Virus record (IMG/VR): IMGVR_UViG_3300033076_000972
Span: 43,329 to 107,328 of that record
Source: a virus
Taxonomy: Duplodnaviria; Heunggongvirae; Uroviricota; Caudoviricetes
Strand: one strand, 5' to 3'
DNA: 64,000 nt
This document shows positions 20,307 to 29,993 of the stretch, in pieces (positions within the stretch are counted from its first letter, which is position 1; every line of letters starts with the position of its first letter). The position numbers and the translations under genes are program-made. The notes under the pieces are model-generated. The model saw only the letters and a list, made by a program, of their open reading frames with translations. It did no database searches and was not told the origin of the DNA.

Positions 20307-22136
20307 TTATCTCAATTCTCTCAAGTCAAACGTTCTAACGCCATCAACTGTGATTTTACCGTAGAAACGGTTGTTCACCATCTTCTTAGCGTATCTTGTC
20401 ATGATACCTTTGATAGGTGTGAAGTTGAATGGGTTATACATTGTTGGAGTTAATTGTAATGGTACGTATGGTGCGTACACATAACCTGTATCTAACAACG
20501 AGTTACCTTTGTGACCCAACAATACTGTGTTTGGTGGGAAATAAGGGTCTCTGTAAACTTGGTATCTACCAGCCAAAGTACCAACTCTTTCAATACCCAT
20601 GTTGTATTGGTCTTGCTCAGGAGCTGCATTTGATACGTGGAAGTATTCCAAATCATCAAAGATTGCACTGATTTCAGAAGAAACAACAATCCAGTTAGCT
20701 CCACCTCTCAATGTTGATTTGTGGATTTGTGCTGAAATTTGGTTGATTGCTGTAATCAATGTTTGGTTCCAATCTTTTTGAGTGTATTGTGTTAATGGAT
20801 TAGCAGATGTACCTCTCTTCCATCCGTTGTAATCCCATCTCAATGACCATGCCGCACCTTTTCTCAAATCTCTCAAGATTTCTCTGTCGATTTCAGCCGC
20901 AACTTGCTCAGACAATAAAGCTGTCAATTCAGCTTCAGCGTCGATGTTGTGGAATGCTGCAACGTCTTGTGCCATTTCAGGTGACCATTGAGCTCTTAAT
21001 TTTCTTTCAGTTACAGAAACTGTTACTGACTGAAGGTCAAATGATACTTCACCAATTTTATCTTCAAATTCTAACTCTTCGTATCTTCTCCAAGTCGCCA
21101 AGAAAGGAGCTTGAGCCAAAGTACCAATTGTTTGAGTTGTGAAACCTGAATAACCATCTAATGAACCTGCACCAATAGCACATGGTACTTGAGTGTCAAC
21201 TTCTAAGTAGATGATACCTTCTTGACTACAGATATTATCATAAGTACCACCGTTACCTAATGAATCAAATGTAGCTGTTGATTGTGTACCATATTGTACT
21301 ATACCTTTACCGTATTTTTGAGTAACAACTCTAAACAACAATGGACCAGTACCTAAAGAAGTACCGTTAGTTGTTCCTGTGAATCCGTTACCTGCCAAAC
21401 CAGTACGAACTGTGATTTGTAATGAAGATAAGAATTCTTCAGTATCCATTTCGTTACCGCTTGGGCCAATTAATTTACCTTCACCAGCAGTTGCAAAACC
21501 TGACATAGCAAGTAATACTTTTCTATATTCAGTTGTTTGTGTGTATGCACTAGGTACTAAATCAGAACCACTCCATGCAACTGTACCACAGTTAGAAGTT
21601 TCAGCACTGAATCTACCTTTTGAGTAGTCAAATAAACCTGGTGGGTCTAATGCTGGTTCGTTACCTTCGTAGAATCTGTCATACAAATTCTTGTCAGTAG
21701 CTTGGTTGTAACCTGCAGTTGCAGATGCTGGACCGTTTGGTGCTCCATAAGGTGCGTAGTGTGTACCACCCGCAGTTGGGTCAGTCAAGTTAGGGTCGTA
21801 AGCCTGAATTTTAGGTACGAAGTAGAACAATTTACCGATAGGTAAGTTCATTGCTTGTACAGAAACGATGTCGTTAGCTAACAACTTAGAGAAAACTCTT
21901 CTTACGATTGGAAATACAACCGTTTCGAAAGAACCGTCTGAAGATGTAGTAGCAGCTTCGTTGATTAAGTGTGATGCTTGGTTTTCATAAAGTTGAGCGA
22001 TGTTTTCTTTAACATGACCTCTCAAACCTTCCAAGAATCCTAATTTGTCCCATTTGTTAATAGTATCTTCTTTGATAACTTTAAGGTGCTTAAGACCGAT
22101 GTTACCAACAAGACCTGATTCTAATAATGCTCCCAT
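20307..22136 (-). CDS. Major capsid protein candidate
   Basis: 609 aa with strongly biased, high-expression codon usage. It is the last gene of the terminase-portal-protease-scaffold series and sits immediately after the acidic scaffold gene. Confidence 0.65.
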   Translation of the reverse strand: MGALLESGLVGNIGLKHLKVIKEDTINKWDKLGFLEGLRGHVKENIAQLYENQASHLINEAATTSSDGSFETVVFPIVRRVFSKLLANDIVSVQAMNLPIGKLFYFVPKIQAYDPNLTDPTAGGTHYAPYGAPNGPASATAGYNQATDKNLYDRFYEGNEPALDPPGLFDYSKGRFSAETSNCGTVAWSGSDLVPSAYTQTTEYRKVLLAMSGFATAGEGKLIGPSGNEMDTEEFLSSLQITVRTGLAGNGFTGTTNGTSLGTGPLLFRVVTQKYGKGIVQYGTQSTATFDSLGNGGTYDNICSQEGIIYLEVDTQVPCAIGAGSLDGYSGFTTQTIGTLAQAPFLATWRRYEELEFEDKIGEVSFDLQSVTVSVTERKLRAQWSPEMAQDVAAFHNIDAEAELTALLSEQVAAEIDREILRDLRKGAAWSLRWDYNGWKRGTSANPLTQYTQKDWNQTLITAINQISAQIHKSTLRGGANWIVVSSEISAIFDDLEYFHVSNAAPEQDQYNMGIERVGTLAGRYQVYRDPYFPPNTVLLGHKGNSLLDTGYVYAPYVPLQLTPTMYNPFNFTPIKGIMTRYAKKMVNNRFYGKITVDGVRTFDLRELR

Positions 22137-22171
22137 TTTTTAAAATATTTAGTTTGTTTTTAGTTTATTTT

Positions 22172-23452
22172 TTATTTATTCATTTTTGACATAAGGTCCT
22201 TCATTCTTAAGAATTGTGGATTTTCATATGTCTTGTTTTCAACCAAATTAGTTGAACCTTTAGATGGTGTTCTATCAATGTTTTCAACGATAGATTCTTT
22301 AACCATTGGTTTTTCAACTGAACCTAATTCATCTTTAATAGTTTGATAAAGATTTTTAGATTCTTTGATTGTTTCGACGTTGTCAAAACGTCTCATAATA
22401 TTTATTTTTTCTTGTTTTGTAGTTGTATGTTCTGTAAACAATCTTGTTGCGTAAGCCAAGTTAGAATTGAAAACAGCTACTTCATTTAATTTTTCTCTGA
22501 AAATATTTAATGCTTTTCTGTATTCTTCATTTTTAGCTCTCAACTTTTCAACTTCTTCTTGTAAAGCGTCATTTGTAATAACTTTCATTTTTGGAAGACC
22601 TTTTCTTTTTGGGAAATTTCTACTTCCATTACCTAAAGTTCTTGCTGCTTCTTTTGTTTCAGTTTCTTTTGTTTCAACTTCATCTTCTTCACCTTCCTTG
22701 AACTCAAATTTCTTAGGACCTTTGAAACTTTCTTTGTGTTGTTTCATGTCTTCTTTAAAACCTTTCATGTTCACTTTACCTGAAGGAGTTTCAGATTTAG
22801 CTTTTCCCATACCCATACCTTTTGGTTTAACCATCATACTAGATTCCGTTACTGTTGATTCATCTTGTTGGTCGTCATCATCGTCATCGTCATCGTCGTC
22901 ATCATCTTCACCTAATTCAATTTCATAAACAATTTCCTCATCAATTGATTCATCCATATCATCATCTTTATCGTCATCATCTGACTCTTCTAATGATTCC
23001 ATCATGTCTTCGTCTTGGAAAGTAATTTTGTCTACATCTAAATCGTCACCAGTCTTTTTAATGATTACACCGTCATTATCGCCCATACCATCAAGTACTG
23101 CCATAATTTCTTCCATAGATGCTCCCGTCATATCTAACGGTTCTAGTTCATCATCATCTTCCATTCCCATGTTGTCCATGTTCATAGAATCTGAATCATC
23201 AGACATATCATCACCCATAGGTTCTTCAATGCCCATAACCTCCAATGAATCTTCATCTTCAGTAACTTCCTCGTTACTCCAAGATTCATCTTCAGTGCTC
23301 TTCTCAGCCTCTTCAAGAGACTCTTTTACTAACTCTTCGATTTCTTCCTTCATTGTAGAAGCAAGTATTCCCTTTGCGTTTTCGGTAACAACCTGTTCCA
23401 AATTTTTCATTTGTAACAATGCTTCCTCAACTAATGATTTTTTTTCGCTCAT
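22172..23452 (-). CDS. Scaffolding / prohead core protein (highly acidic)
   Basis: Long Asp/Glu runs (D13 and others), a coiled-coil C-terminus, and a position immediately upstream of the capsid gene. Confidence 0.55.
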   Translation of the reverse strand: MSEKKSLVEEALLQMKNLEQVVTENAKGILASTMKEEIEELVKESLEEAEKSTEDESWSNEEVTEDEDSLEVMGIEEPMGDDMSDDSDSMNMDNMGMEDDDELEPLDMTGASMEEIMAVLDGMGDNDGVIIKKTGDDLDVDKITFQDEDMMESLEESDDDDKDDDMDESIDEEIVYEIELGEDDDDDDDDDDDDQQDESTVTESSMMVKPKGMGMGKAKSETPSGKVNMKGFKEDMKQHKESFKGPKKFEFKEGEEDEVETKETETKEAARTLGNGSRNFPKRKGLPKMKVITNDALQEEVEKLRAKNEEYRKALNIFREKLNEVAVFNSNLAYATRLFTEHTTTKQEKINIMRRFDNVETIKESKNLYQTIKDELGSVEKPMVKESIVENIDRTPSKGSTNLVENKTYENPQFLRMKDLMSKMNK

Positions 23453-23533
23453 TTTTTGTGCAATAAAATATTTTTATTTACACTATAAATATGCCCTTAA
23501 TCAAAAAAATCTTAAATGGTGATATAAATAAAA

Positions 23534-23559
23534 TAAAAAAACCCGATTTCTCGGGTTTT
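23534..23559 (-). terminator. Intrinsic terminator
   Basis: CCCGATTTCTCGGG hairpin flanked by A and T runs. Confidence 0.5.
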
Positions 23560-23562
23560 AAG

Positions 23563-23772
23563 TTAATCAAAAACTTCGTCAATTTTACTTTCACTGACTG
23601 ACGTTATTCGCCAATCGTGTTGAAATCCTGTAAACTTTTTTGTTACTTTGGCTTCAACATCTGTTACACTGTAACCTTTAACCAATTTTTCTTCTCTTAC
23701 TTTTTTGATTTTTCCTGAGTTCTCATCAATCAAATCATACTGAATTTTTGCTACAAAATATTTTTCGTCCAT
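23563..23772 (-). CDS. Small hypothetical protein
   Basis: 69-aa ORF. Confidence 0.4.
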   Translation of the reverse strand: MDEKYFVAKIQYDLIDENSGKIKKVREEKLVKGYSVTDVEAKVTKKFTGFQHDWRITSVSESKIDEVFD

Positions 23773-23782
23773 AATAATAATT

Positions 23783-24505
23783 TTATCTATATCCCAAAAA
23801 ATCGTTCAATTTTCCCATTAAGTCAAGCGATTTACCCAAACCACCATCAATTCTTCCTTCTTCTTTTGATTTTTTTTCTTCTTCAAGATTTTCATCGTAT
23901 TTGTGACGGTCATCTTTATTAAGGAATAGATATGCACCAGGAGTGGACGGATTCATAACCAAGTCAAAACAAATCATTTCATAATCTTCTTGGACTTCGT
24001 TGTGTTCACCTTTTTTTGCCAATGAACCAACACCACGTGAAGATACACCCATAGTAACACCTTGTCTCATTAAGTTTGCTGCAACATCTCCTTTAGATGA
24101 TACAACACCTCTTTCGTGAAAACCTGGTGTTGTTAACAATCTTAGTTTACCCATAAGAACATTATCATCCCACCAAATATCATCAATAATGTGTGACACT
24201 CTATCTAAATCAATTAAAGATGATTCAGGGTGATTTAATTCTGAGGTTGCTAAACCTTTAGCAATTGTTTTCTTATATTTTTCAGCTTCTCTTTTAAGAA
24301 TCTTTTCAGGGTATACACGACCATTTCTATTTGGTACACCATACTTTTGTAATGTTGCATAAAATACAAATGGTTTAGAATGGTCTAATTGTGTTTTTTG
24401 TTCATTAACAAAATCATTATCTACGGCATTTTTCATAGATATATGACCTGCATCATATTCTATTAATATTCCTTTACCTATTTCATTCGGTTTGAGTATC
24501 TTCAT
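23783..24505 (-). CDS. Prohead maturation protease candidate
   Basis: Sits between the portal-side genes and the scaffold, as T4 gp21 does. Contains His- and Ser-bearing segments (NHPESS, GVSSRGVGS). Confidence 0.35.
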   Translation of the reverse strand: MKILKPNEIGKGILIEYDAGHISMKNAVDNDFVNEQKTQLDHSKPFVFYATLQKYGVPNRNGRVYPEKILKREAEKYKKTIAKGLATSELNHPESSLIDLDRVSHIIDDIWWDDNVLMGKLRLLTTPGFHERGVVSSKGDVAANLMRQGVTMGVSSRGVGSLAKKGEHNEVQEDYEMICFDLVMNPSTPGAYLFLNKDDRHKYDENLEEEKKSKEEGRIDGGLGKSLDLMGKLNDFLGYR

Positions 24506-24528
24506 ATCAAAATATTTATTGATAAATA

Positions 24529-24987
24529 TTAAGAAATCTCAAAGTTTTTATTTTTTAACTTGCTTTTAGAATATTGAATAGTAAAATATTTTGTTTTCTC
24601 TAAAACATTATCATGAACTTCCTTTAAAATACGATTAAGTTCTTTTGATAATTCATCTGATTTGAAGTCGATATCTTGTTTGGTAAAAAAAGTTATTTCA
24701 AGATTTAGAAAACTTGCCTTGTCAACTTTAATTCCACTTGTTCTTAAATCTAAATCAACTATAAAATGTTCTCTAAATAATGACTTATTATATATTTCTA
24801 AAATTTTATGTTTAATACTTCGAGATATTGTACCCACGACTCTTTCCCAATTATCTCTTTCTTCGGTTGGTTTTACCCATGTTTGTAATACTAAATAAAT
24901 TGATTTTAATTCTGTAGCATCTACACTACCATAATAACATTTAGCATCTTGGAATAAATCCAATTTTGATGTTTTCCCTTTTTTCAT
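24529..24987 (-). CDS. Hypothetical protein
   Basis: ORF. Confidence 0.45.
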   Translation of the reverse strand: MKKGKTSKLDLFQDAKCYYGSVDATELKSIYLVLQTWVKPTEERDNWERVVGTISRSIKHKILEIYNKSLFREHFIVDLDLRTSGIKVDKASFLNLEITFFTKQDIDFKSDELSKELNRILKEVHDNVLEKTKYFTIQYSKSKLKNKNFEIS

Positions 24988-25098
24988 TCTTTTTCATTTG
25001 TGTAATGTTTATTTCTTAGTAAAAATATACTAAAAAAAAACTTATTAACAAATTTATTTTTTTTCCTATATTTATATCAATAACACATATTTTTTTAT

Positions 25099-25293
25099 AT
25101 GATAAAAATTATTATTCAAAAGGGTGAAAGTTTAGATAAAGCCTTAAAACGTTACAAGTACAAAGTCATCAAAACAAAACAAATTGAAGAACTTCGTGCA
25201 AGACAAGAGTTTGTTAAAAAAACAACTGTCAAAAGGGAACAAATGAAAAAGGCTAAATACAAACAACAAATAGCTCAAAGTAACATTGACTAA
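25099..25293 (+). CDS. rpsU: Ribosomal protein bS21
   Basis: MIKIIIQKGESLDKALKRYKYKVIKTKQIEELRARQEFVKKTTVKREQMKKAKYKQ matches the bS21 signature (KALKRFKRK…ELRxRQ(Y/F)(F/Y)xKP-like), has the right length (64 aa), and is Lys/Arg-rich. Confidence 0.8.
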   Translation: MIKIIIQKGESLDKALKRYKYKVIKTKQIEELRARQEFVKKTTVKREQMKKAKYKQQIAQSNID

Positions 25294-25320
25294 TATTTAT
25301 TGGTAACAAATACCAAGAAT

Positions 25321-25560
25321 ATGAAAAACTTTATCATGAATTTACTAGGAAACGGTTCAGACGTTTCATCAAAAAGATTTGCATCTTTATTCACTTTATT
25401 AAACGTAATTATTTTAGCATATGTTGCAACATTTACATCTAAAGATGGTGTAACACCTGAATATATGTTTGATGCACTTTGTTTAATCGCTGGTGGTGGA
25501 TTGGGTCTTACAGTTGTTGAGAAGATTTTCTCAAAAGGTTCAGACAAAAAAGCTGAATAA
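25321..25560 (+). CDS. Small membrane protein
   Basis: Two hydrophobic helices, a terminator directly downstream, and co-transcription with rpsU. Confidence 0.45.
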   Translation: MKNFIMNLLGNGSDVSSKRFASLFTLLNVIILAYVATFTSKDGVTPEYMFDALCLIAGGGLGLTVVEKIFSKGSDKKAE

Positions 25561-25561
25561 C

Positions 25562-25591
25562 AAAAAACCCCTCTTTTGAGGGGTTTTTATT
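25562..25591. terminator. Bidirectional intrinsic terminator
   Basis: AAAAAACCCCTCTTTTGAGGGGTTTTTATTTT. Confidence 0.7.
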
Positions 25592-26317
25592 TTAAAGTCC
25601 TTCTGACAACTTTTTAAGTTTGTAGTATGATAATGAATCAATTGGTGTTGATTCAATCCTCATTTTTGTCTCATTTAATTTCTTATTGGTATCTTCGTCA
25701 CTTTCATTAATATTTGAAAGTTTTCCTAAAACTTCAACCTTTAATCTTTCAATACCTTCTGTCAATTCTTCTTGTGACATTCTTAATATTGATTTTAACT
25801 CAAATAACTCAGATTCACTTAATTGTGAATATTCTTTTGCAAATGTGTCAGCAGCCACACCAAACATTGATTCTAATGGGATGTTAACAGATTCCGTAAT
25901 TGTTGATTCCTCTTTTGTTTCAGTCATTAACTTCCACATTTGTTTTCTTGATTCAACTAATTTAATAAAATCATCAGCTGTTTTTGCAAAAATCATATTA
26001 TCTAATAACTCATATTGATTTTCAACACCTTCACCTAAAGTTTCCACCCAAGCATCAAATTGTTCAAATTCACGTTTGTTGTTATTGATTGTTGATTTAA
26101 TGTTATCAACTGAAAGTCCTAAAAATTCTTTAGCAACTTCCTCGTTCAATCCTTTAGTTTTCATTAAAGTACCGTACTCAACGTATAGTTCACCTACGGC
26201 TTTATTATCTTTAATGAAATCTCTAAATTCTTTTATAATTTGTTTGAAATCTTCAGTTTTATATGTTTTAACCAAAGAATTTTCAACAATACTTTTTAAT
26301 AATCCAAAATTTCTCAT
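25592..26317 (-). CDS. Hypothetical protein (prohead core protein position)
   Basis: ORF between the portal and protease candidates. Confidence 0.4.
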   Translation of the reverse strand: MRNFGLLKSIVENSLVKTYKTEDFKQIIKEFRDFIKDNKAVGELYVEYGTLMKTKGLNEEVAKEFLGLSVDNIKSTINNNKREFEQFDAWVETLGEGVENQYELLDNMIFAKTADDFIKLVESRKQMWKLMTETKEESTITESVNIPLESMFGVAADTFAKEYSQLSESELFELKSILRMSQEELTEGIERLKVEVLGKLSNINESDEDTNKKLNETKMRIESTPIDSLSYYKLKKLSEGL

Positions 26318-26330
26318 ATCAATAAATATC

Positions 26331-28169
26331 TTAACTATTTAATAGTTCATTTAATTTAGTTTCAATCTCATTAATTGAAGTTCTACCTTTTGATAAATCG
26401 ATTTCATCTCTTCCGCTAATTAAATCATCTTCCAAAATTAAATTCAAATCATTCATTCTACTTTCAGGTGTAACCTCACCTCCTGCTGGTGGTTCAGGTG
26501 TCTCAGGTGCTTCAGGAGCTCCACCTTCTTCAGGTCCTCCTCCTAATCCACCTAAACTACTCATACCTCCTGATGGTGGTCCTCCACCCATTTCTTCACC
26601 TTCTGCTGGCGGTGTTGCAACCTCACCAGGTTTTTTACCGTATAATCTATCAATGTTATCAAATATACCTGTATGAATAATAACCTCAGGTGTTTTTTGT
26701 AATTCAGCTCCAACCGCTTTTTCAATTCTTTGTTGTTGGATATCCAATTTGATTTCTTCGTCAGAGAATCCAAGAATATGTTTTTTAGCCCATGTTGTTG
26801 ATACCGCCTGAATACCATTACCAGGGTCAGCAACCGCATCTTTATAAAGAAGAATTTTTTCTTTCCAATTCTCAATCTTTAACAAATCTGCTTGAGTTGA
26901 TGGGTTTGTTAATCCTAATGTAAAGTTTGTTAATTCATCTTCAAAACCAAGTATAAATAAGTGAATAATTGCAATCTTATTTAATTCTTGAATCATTGAT
27001 TTTTGAATTCTATTAATTGTTCTTGCAAAACGAATATCTTGTAATGCTAAGTTCTTCCCATCACCAACAACCTCTTCAAAACCTAAGAATGCTTTTGGTA
27101 CACGAAGAGCTGTCAATAATTTCTTTTGGATATATTCAATATCCGCAATTTCAGAAAGGTTTTGCGCTCCCGCTAAAGTTTCAATTGGACTTGTTTGTGC
27201 TGGGTCACGAACAGGGATAAAATAATCTTGGTCAACCGCCATTTGGTTCATACGTAAATCTACGTTACCTGTCTTTGAGTCAACAACTTGGTCTCTCTTA
27301 AACTTATTGGCAATTCTTTGGATATATGGTTCGACATCCTTATCATCCATATTACCAACATAAACTTTAAATACACGTCTTTCAGGTGCTCTTGATGTTC
27401 GATAAACCAACATCGCATCTTCAGATAATAATAATTGTTTCCAAGTACGTCTTGCTTTTTCCAACATTGATGTACCATAAGGAAGTTTTCTATCATCACC
27501 TAACAAACGGAAATGTGCTACCTCCCAAGTGTTCATTTCCATATCTTTTACTTTCCATACGAATTTCAAAGATTTGGCATCTTCAACAGTATTGTGAGCA
27601 GGTTTGATTTTCATACCACGTTCCAAACGTTCAATTTCAATATTTGGAAGTTGTTGACAACCCATAATACCCTTTTCAGAGTCTAATTTTAAATAAACGA
27701 AGTTATCACCGTACTTACATGTGTTTCTTGTCCACATAGGTAAGTTAGTGTTAATATCCAATCTGTTATTAAATAAATCCGCTAATATTCCCTTAATTCT
27801 ATTTGATTCAGAATAGATTTGTAAAATAAACCCATCTTCATTTGTTGTTGTAGATTCCTCAGCGTAGATATCAAGAGCGGCAGAAATCTCAGGGGTATAT
27901 TCCATACTCTCGTAATCGTAGTATGATGCCAATCTTGTTGGTTCGTAATAAATTGCTTGAGAATATAAATTATTTTCAATCTTACCCCACTGTTGACCAA
28001 GATACATTGTTTGTTGAGCTTGGAGTTTTTCCTTCTCGTATTCTTGTTTGTCAGTGGTTTTTAATAATTCTTTTTTGTCAAATTTATATACTGGAGGCTG
28101 TTGACCCAAAGTTGAGTCGGGACCAAAGACTTTTGTAAGTCGTTGCCATATGGTTAAATTATCTGCCAT
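26331..28169 (-). CDS. Portal protein candidate
   Basis: 612 aa, immediately downstream of the large terminase, with a Gly/Pro/Glu-rich disordered region and a C-terminal tail. Confidence 0.55.
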   Translation of the reverse strand: MADNLTIWQRLTKVFGPDSTLGQQPPVYKFDKKELLKTTDKQEYEKEKLQAQQTMYLGQQWGKIENNLYSQAIYYEPTRLASYYDYESMEYTPEISAALDIYAEESTTTNEDGFILQIYSESNRIKGILADLFNNRLDINTNLPMWTRNTCKYGDNFVYLKLDSEKGIMGCQQLPNIEIERLERGMKIKPAHNTVEDAKSLKFVWKVKDMEMNTWEVAHFRLLGDDRKLPYGTSMLEKARRTWKQLLLSEDAMLVYRTSRAPERRVFKVYVGNMDDKDVEPYIQRIANKFKRDQVVDSKTGNVDLRMNQMAVDQDYFIPVRDPAQTSPIETLAGAQNLSEIADIEYIQKKLLTALRVPKAFLGFEEVVGDGKNLALQDIRFARTINRIQKSMIQELNKIAIIHLFILGFEDELTNFTLGLTNPSTQADLLKIENWKEKILLYKDAVADPGNGIQAVSTTWAKKHILGFSDEEIKLDIQQQRIEKAVGAELQKTPEVIIHTGIFDNIDRLYGKKPGEVATPPAEGEEMGGGPPSGGMSSLGGLGGGPEEGGAPEAPETPEPPAGGEVTPESRMNDLNLILEDDLISGRDEIDLSKGRTSINEIETKLNELLNS

Positions 28170-28206
28170 CCTTTAAAATATAGTATCTTTTTTTTATGAA
28201 TAAACT

Positions 28207-29976
28207 TTATCTTCTACCGAATAACCATAAATACTGTTCATAATCCTTTTTTGTTGGATTTGATGAAAAAGTATCATTATGACTTGATGGTGATAAAACA
28301 GGAATACCAGGATGAAATTGTGTTATTTCTCTGTTTGTACTATCATCGGCAACAGTCCAAGAACTTAACATGGCTTTAGTTTGTTCATTAACTTTTTCAA
28401 GTTGATTATAAGCGTTTTGACCTACATATAAAGCCATTGATATTGACATAATTAAATCATCATGATGTCCTTTCATGTGGTCAGGTCTTCCGTTCATATA
28501 CACAAACGTATTCATTTCACCAAGTAATCTTTGTGAATACAATTTAAATCCGTGTCTTAAAGCTTCCTCAAATGCTGATATAATTTGAACCCTTTTACTG
28601 TTGAAGTTAATACCTGGTATTTTTTCGTTTGACTTAACTGTTGATTCCCAAATATTTCCATAATTGATACCATCAACATATAAATTTTTATATCCCATTT
28701 CTTGTAACTTTCTTGATGTAGATACACCCATACCACCTGTGATATCAATTACAATAAATGCATCATAATAATTTCCCCACTTATATGCAATTTCAGCTGC
28801 AACATCAGGAGGTAGTTTTCCAACATATTCAGCAACTTGTTCTCTTTCATCAAAATCAATAACTTGAAACGATGTAAAGTCTTCTGAATCACCTCTTGAT
28901 ACGTCCATACCCATAATGTATCTGTGTCCAACAACTGGTTCTTTCCAAATCCACAATTGATTCTGAACCATCTTTGATTCAGGATGACGAACCATTTCAG
29001 TTCTAATTTTGTCGGTTAATTGTGCGTCAAACACGTTATCACCTGAACCCAAAAAGTTACATTCCAATTCCTGAGAAATTTTTCTCTTATCAAACTTTAA
29101 CTTTTTAGCCATGGTTTCAAACCAAGTAGAACTTACTTTGTAACCATCATCCATCAATTTTTTAAACTCATCAAAATTTCTCTCACTTTGTGGAATACCT
29201 TCATAACTTATAATTTCAGGGTTAGGATATTCTTCACGATTCAAAAAATAATGTATAATATCTTTAACCTTAATAAAATATAAATCTTTAGTATATCTTG
29301 GGTCTCTCCACCAAAACATTTCAGTAATCTTGAAATTATTCATCGCCTTTACAGCTTGTTCATAGATACTGTAATAAATTGCGTCATATCCATTCGGTGT
29401 GGAAATAACAATAACTTTACCACCTGTAGAAAGTGAAGCCATACAAGCTGCCCAGAAATCATCACCAGCCTCAATATACGCCGCCTCGTCAAATATTAAC
29501 ACGGTAGGGGTATAACCACGAAGTGCGTCATTTGACGTTGCAACGGCTTTAACCTCACAACCATTACTTAATTTCCAATGTCGAGCAGCATTTTTTTCGG
29601 TGGAAAATGTAACTCCCATCCATGCTGGCCATTGTTCTGTAAATTGTTTAATTTTATTTGCAAATTCAACAGATGTATCTAACTTGTTTGCAATAATCAA
29701 AATTTTCTCAGGTTTTTCTTTTTTAGCAAAAACCAATTTTTTTGAACTCCAAGCAGCAGTTACTGTTGATACACCCGCTTGACGATACTTTAAAGCAATG
29801 TTTTCTTCGTAGTTGTCATAATCTTCAACTAACTGAATTTGGTCGGCAAATAAATCTAAGGGAACGTATTTTGACTGTGTATTGTCATACGTTTGTAGAT
29901 ATGTTCTTAAAGCATATGGTGTGTTTCTTACACACTTGGCATATTCTATAAGGGCTTGTTCTTTTGTGATACTCAT
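28207..29976 (-). CDS. terL: Terminase large subunit
   Basis: N-terminal ATPase with a Walker A-like YRQAGVST and Walker B VLIFDEAAY. A C-terminal nuclease-sized domain is present; total 589 aa. Confidence 0.8.
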   Translation of the reverse strand: MSITKEQALIEYAKCVRNTPYALRTYLQTYDNTQSKYVPLDLFADQIQLVEDYDNYEENIALKYRQAGVSTVTAAWSSKKLVFAKKEKPEKILIIANKLDTSVEFANKIKQFTEQWPAWMGVTFSTEKNAARHWKLSNGCEVKAVATSNDALRGYTPTVLIFDEAAYIEAGDDFWAACMASLSTGGKVIVISTPNGYDAIYYSIYEQAVKAMNNFKITEMFWWRDPRYTKDLYFIKVKDIIHYFLNREEYPNPEIISYEGIPQSERNFDEFKKLMDDGYKVSSTWFETMAKKLKFDKRKISQELECNFLGSGDNVFDAQLTDKIRTEMVRHPESKMVQNQLWIWKEPVVGHRYIMGMDVSRGDSEDFTSFQVIDFDEREQVAEYVGKLPPDVAAEIAYKWGNYYDAFIVIDITGGMGVSTSRKLQEMGYKNLYVDGINYGNIWESTVKSNEKIPGINFNSKRVQIISAFEEALRHGFKLYSQRLLGEMNTFVYMNGRPDHMKGHHDDLIMSISMALYVGQNAYNQLEKVNEQTKAMLSSWTVADDSTNREITQFHPGIPVLSPSSHNDTFSSNPTKKDYEQYLWLFGRR

Positions 29977-29993
29977 CCCTTATAAATACTCCG

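Noticed and set aside
20429-21627. Several 60-110-aa ORFs on the + strand inside the capsid gene
   Set aside because: They are antisense to a codon-optimised, clearly coding 609-aa gene, and they have no start context.
22467-23522. Two + strand ORFs (153 and 172 aa), Ser-rich, antisense to the scaffold gene
   Set aside because: They mirror the GAT/GAA-rich acidic gene on the opposite strand. Their low-complexity poly-Ser translation is an artefact of the complement of poly-Asp/Glu codons.
25290-25547. - strand 85-aa ORF overlapping the + strand membrane-protein gene
   Set aside because: The + strand ORF is co-oriented with rpsU and has a hydrophobic helix pattern. The - strand ORF starts inside the terminator and has no sensible context.
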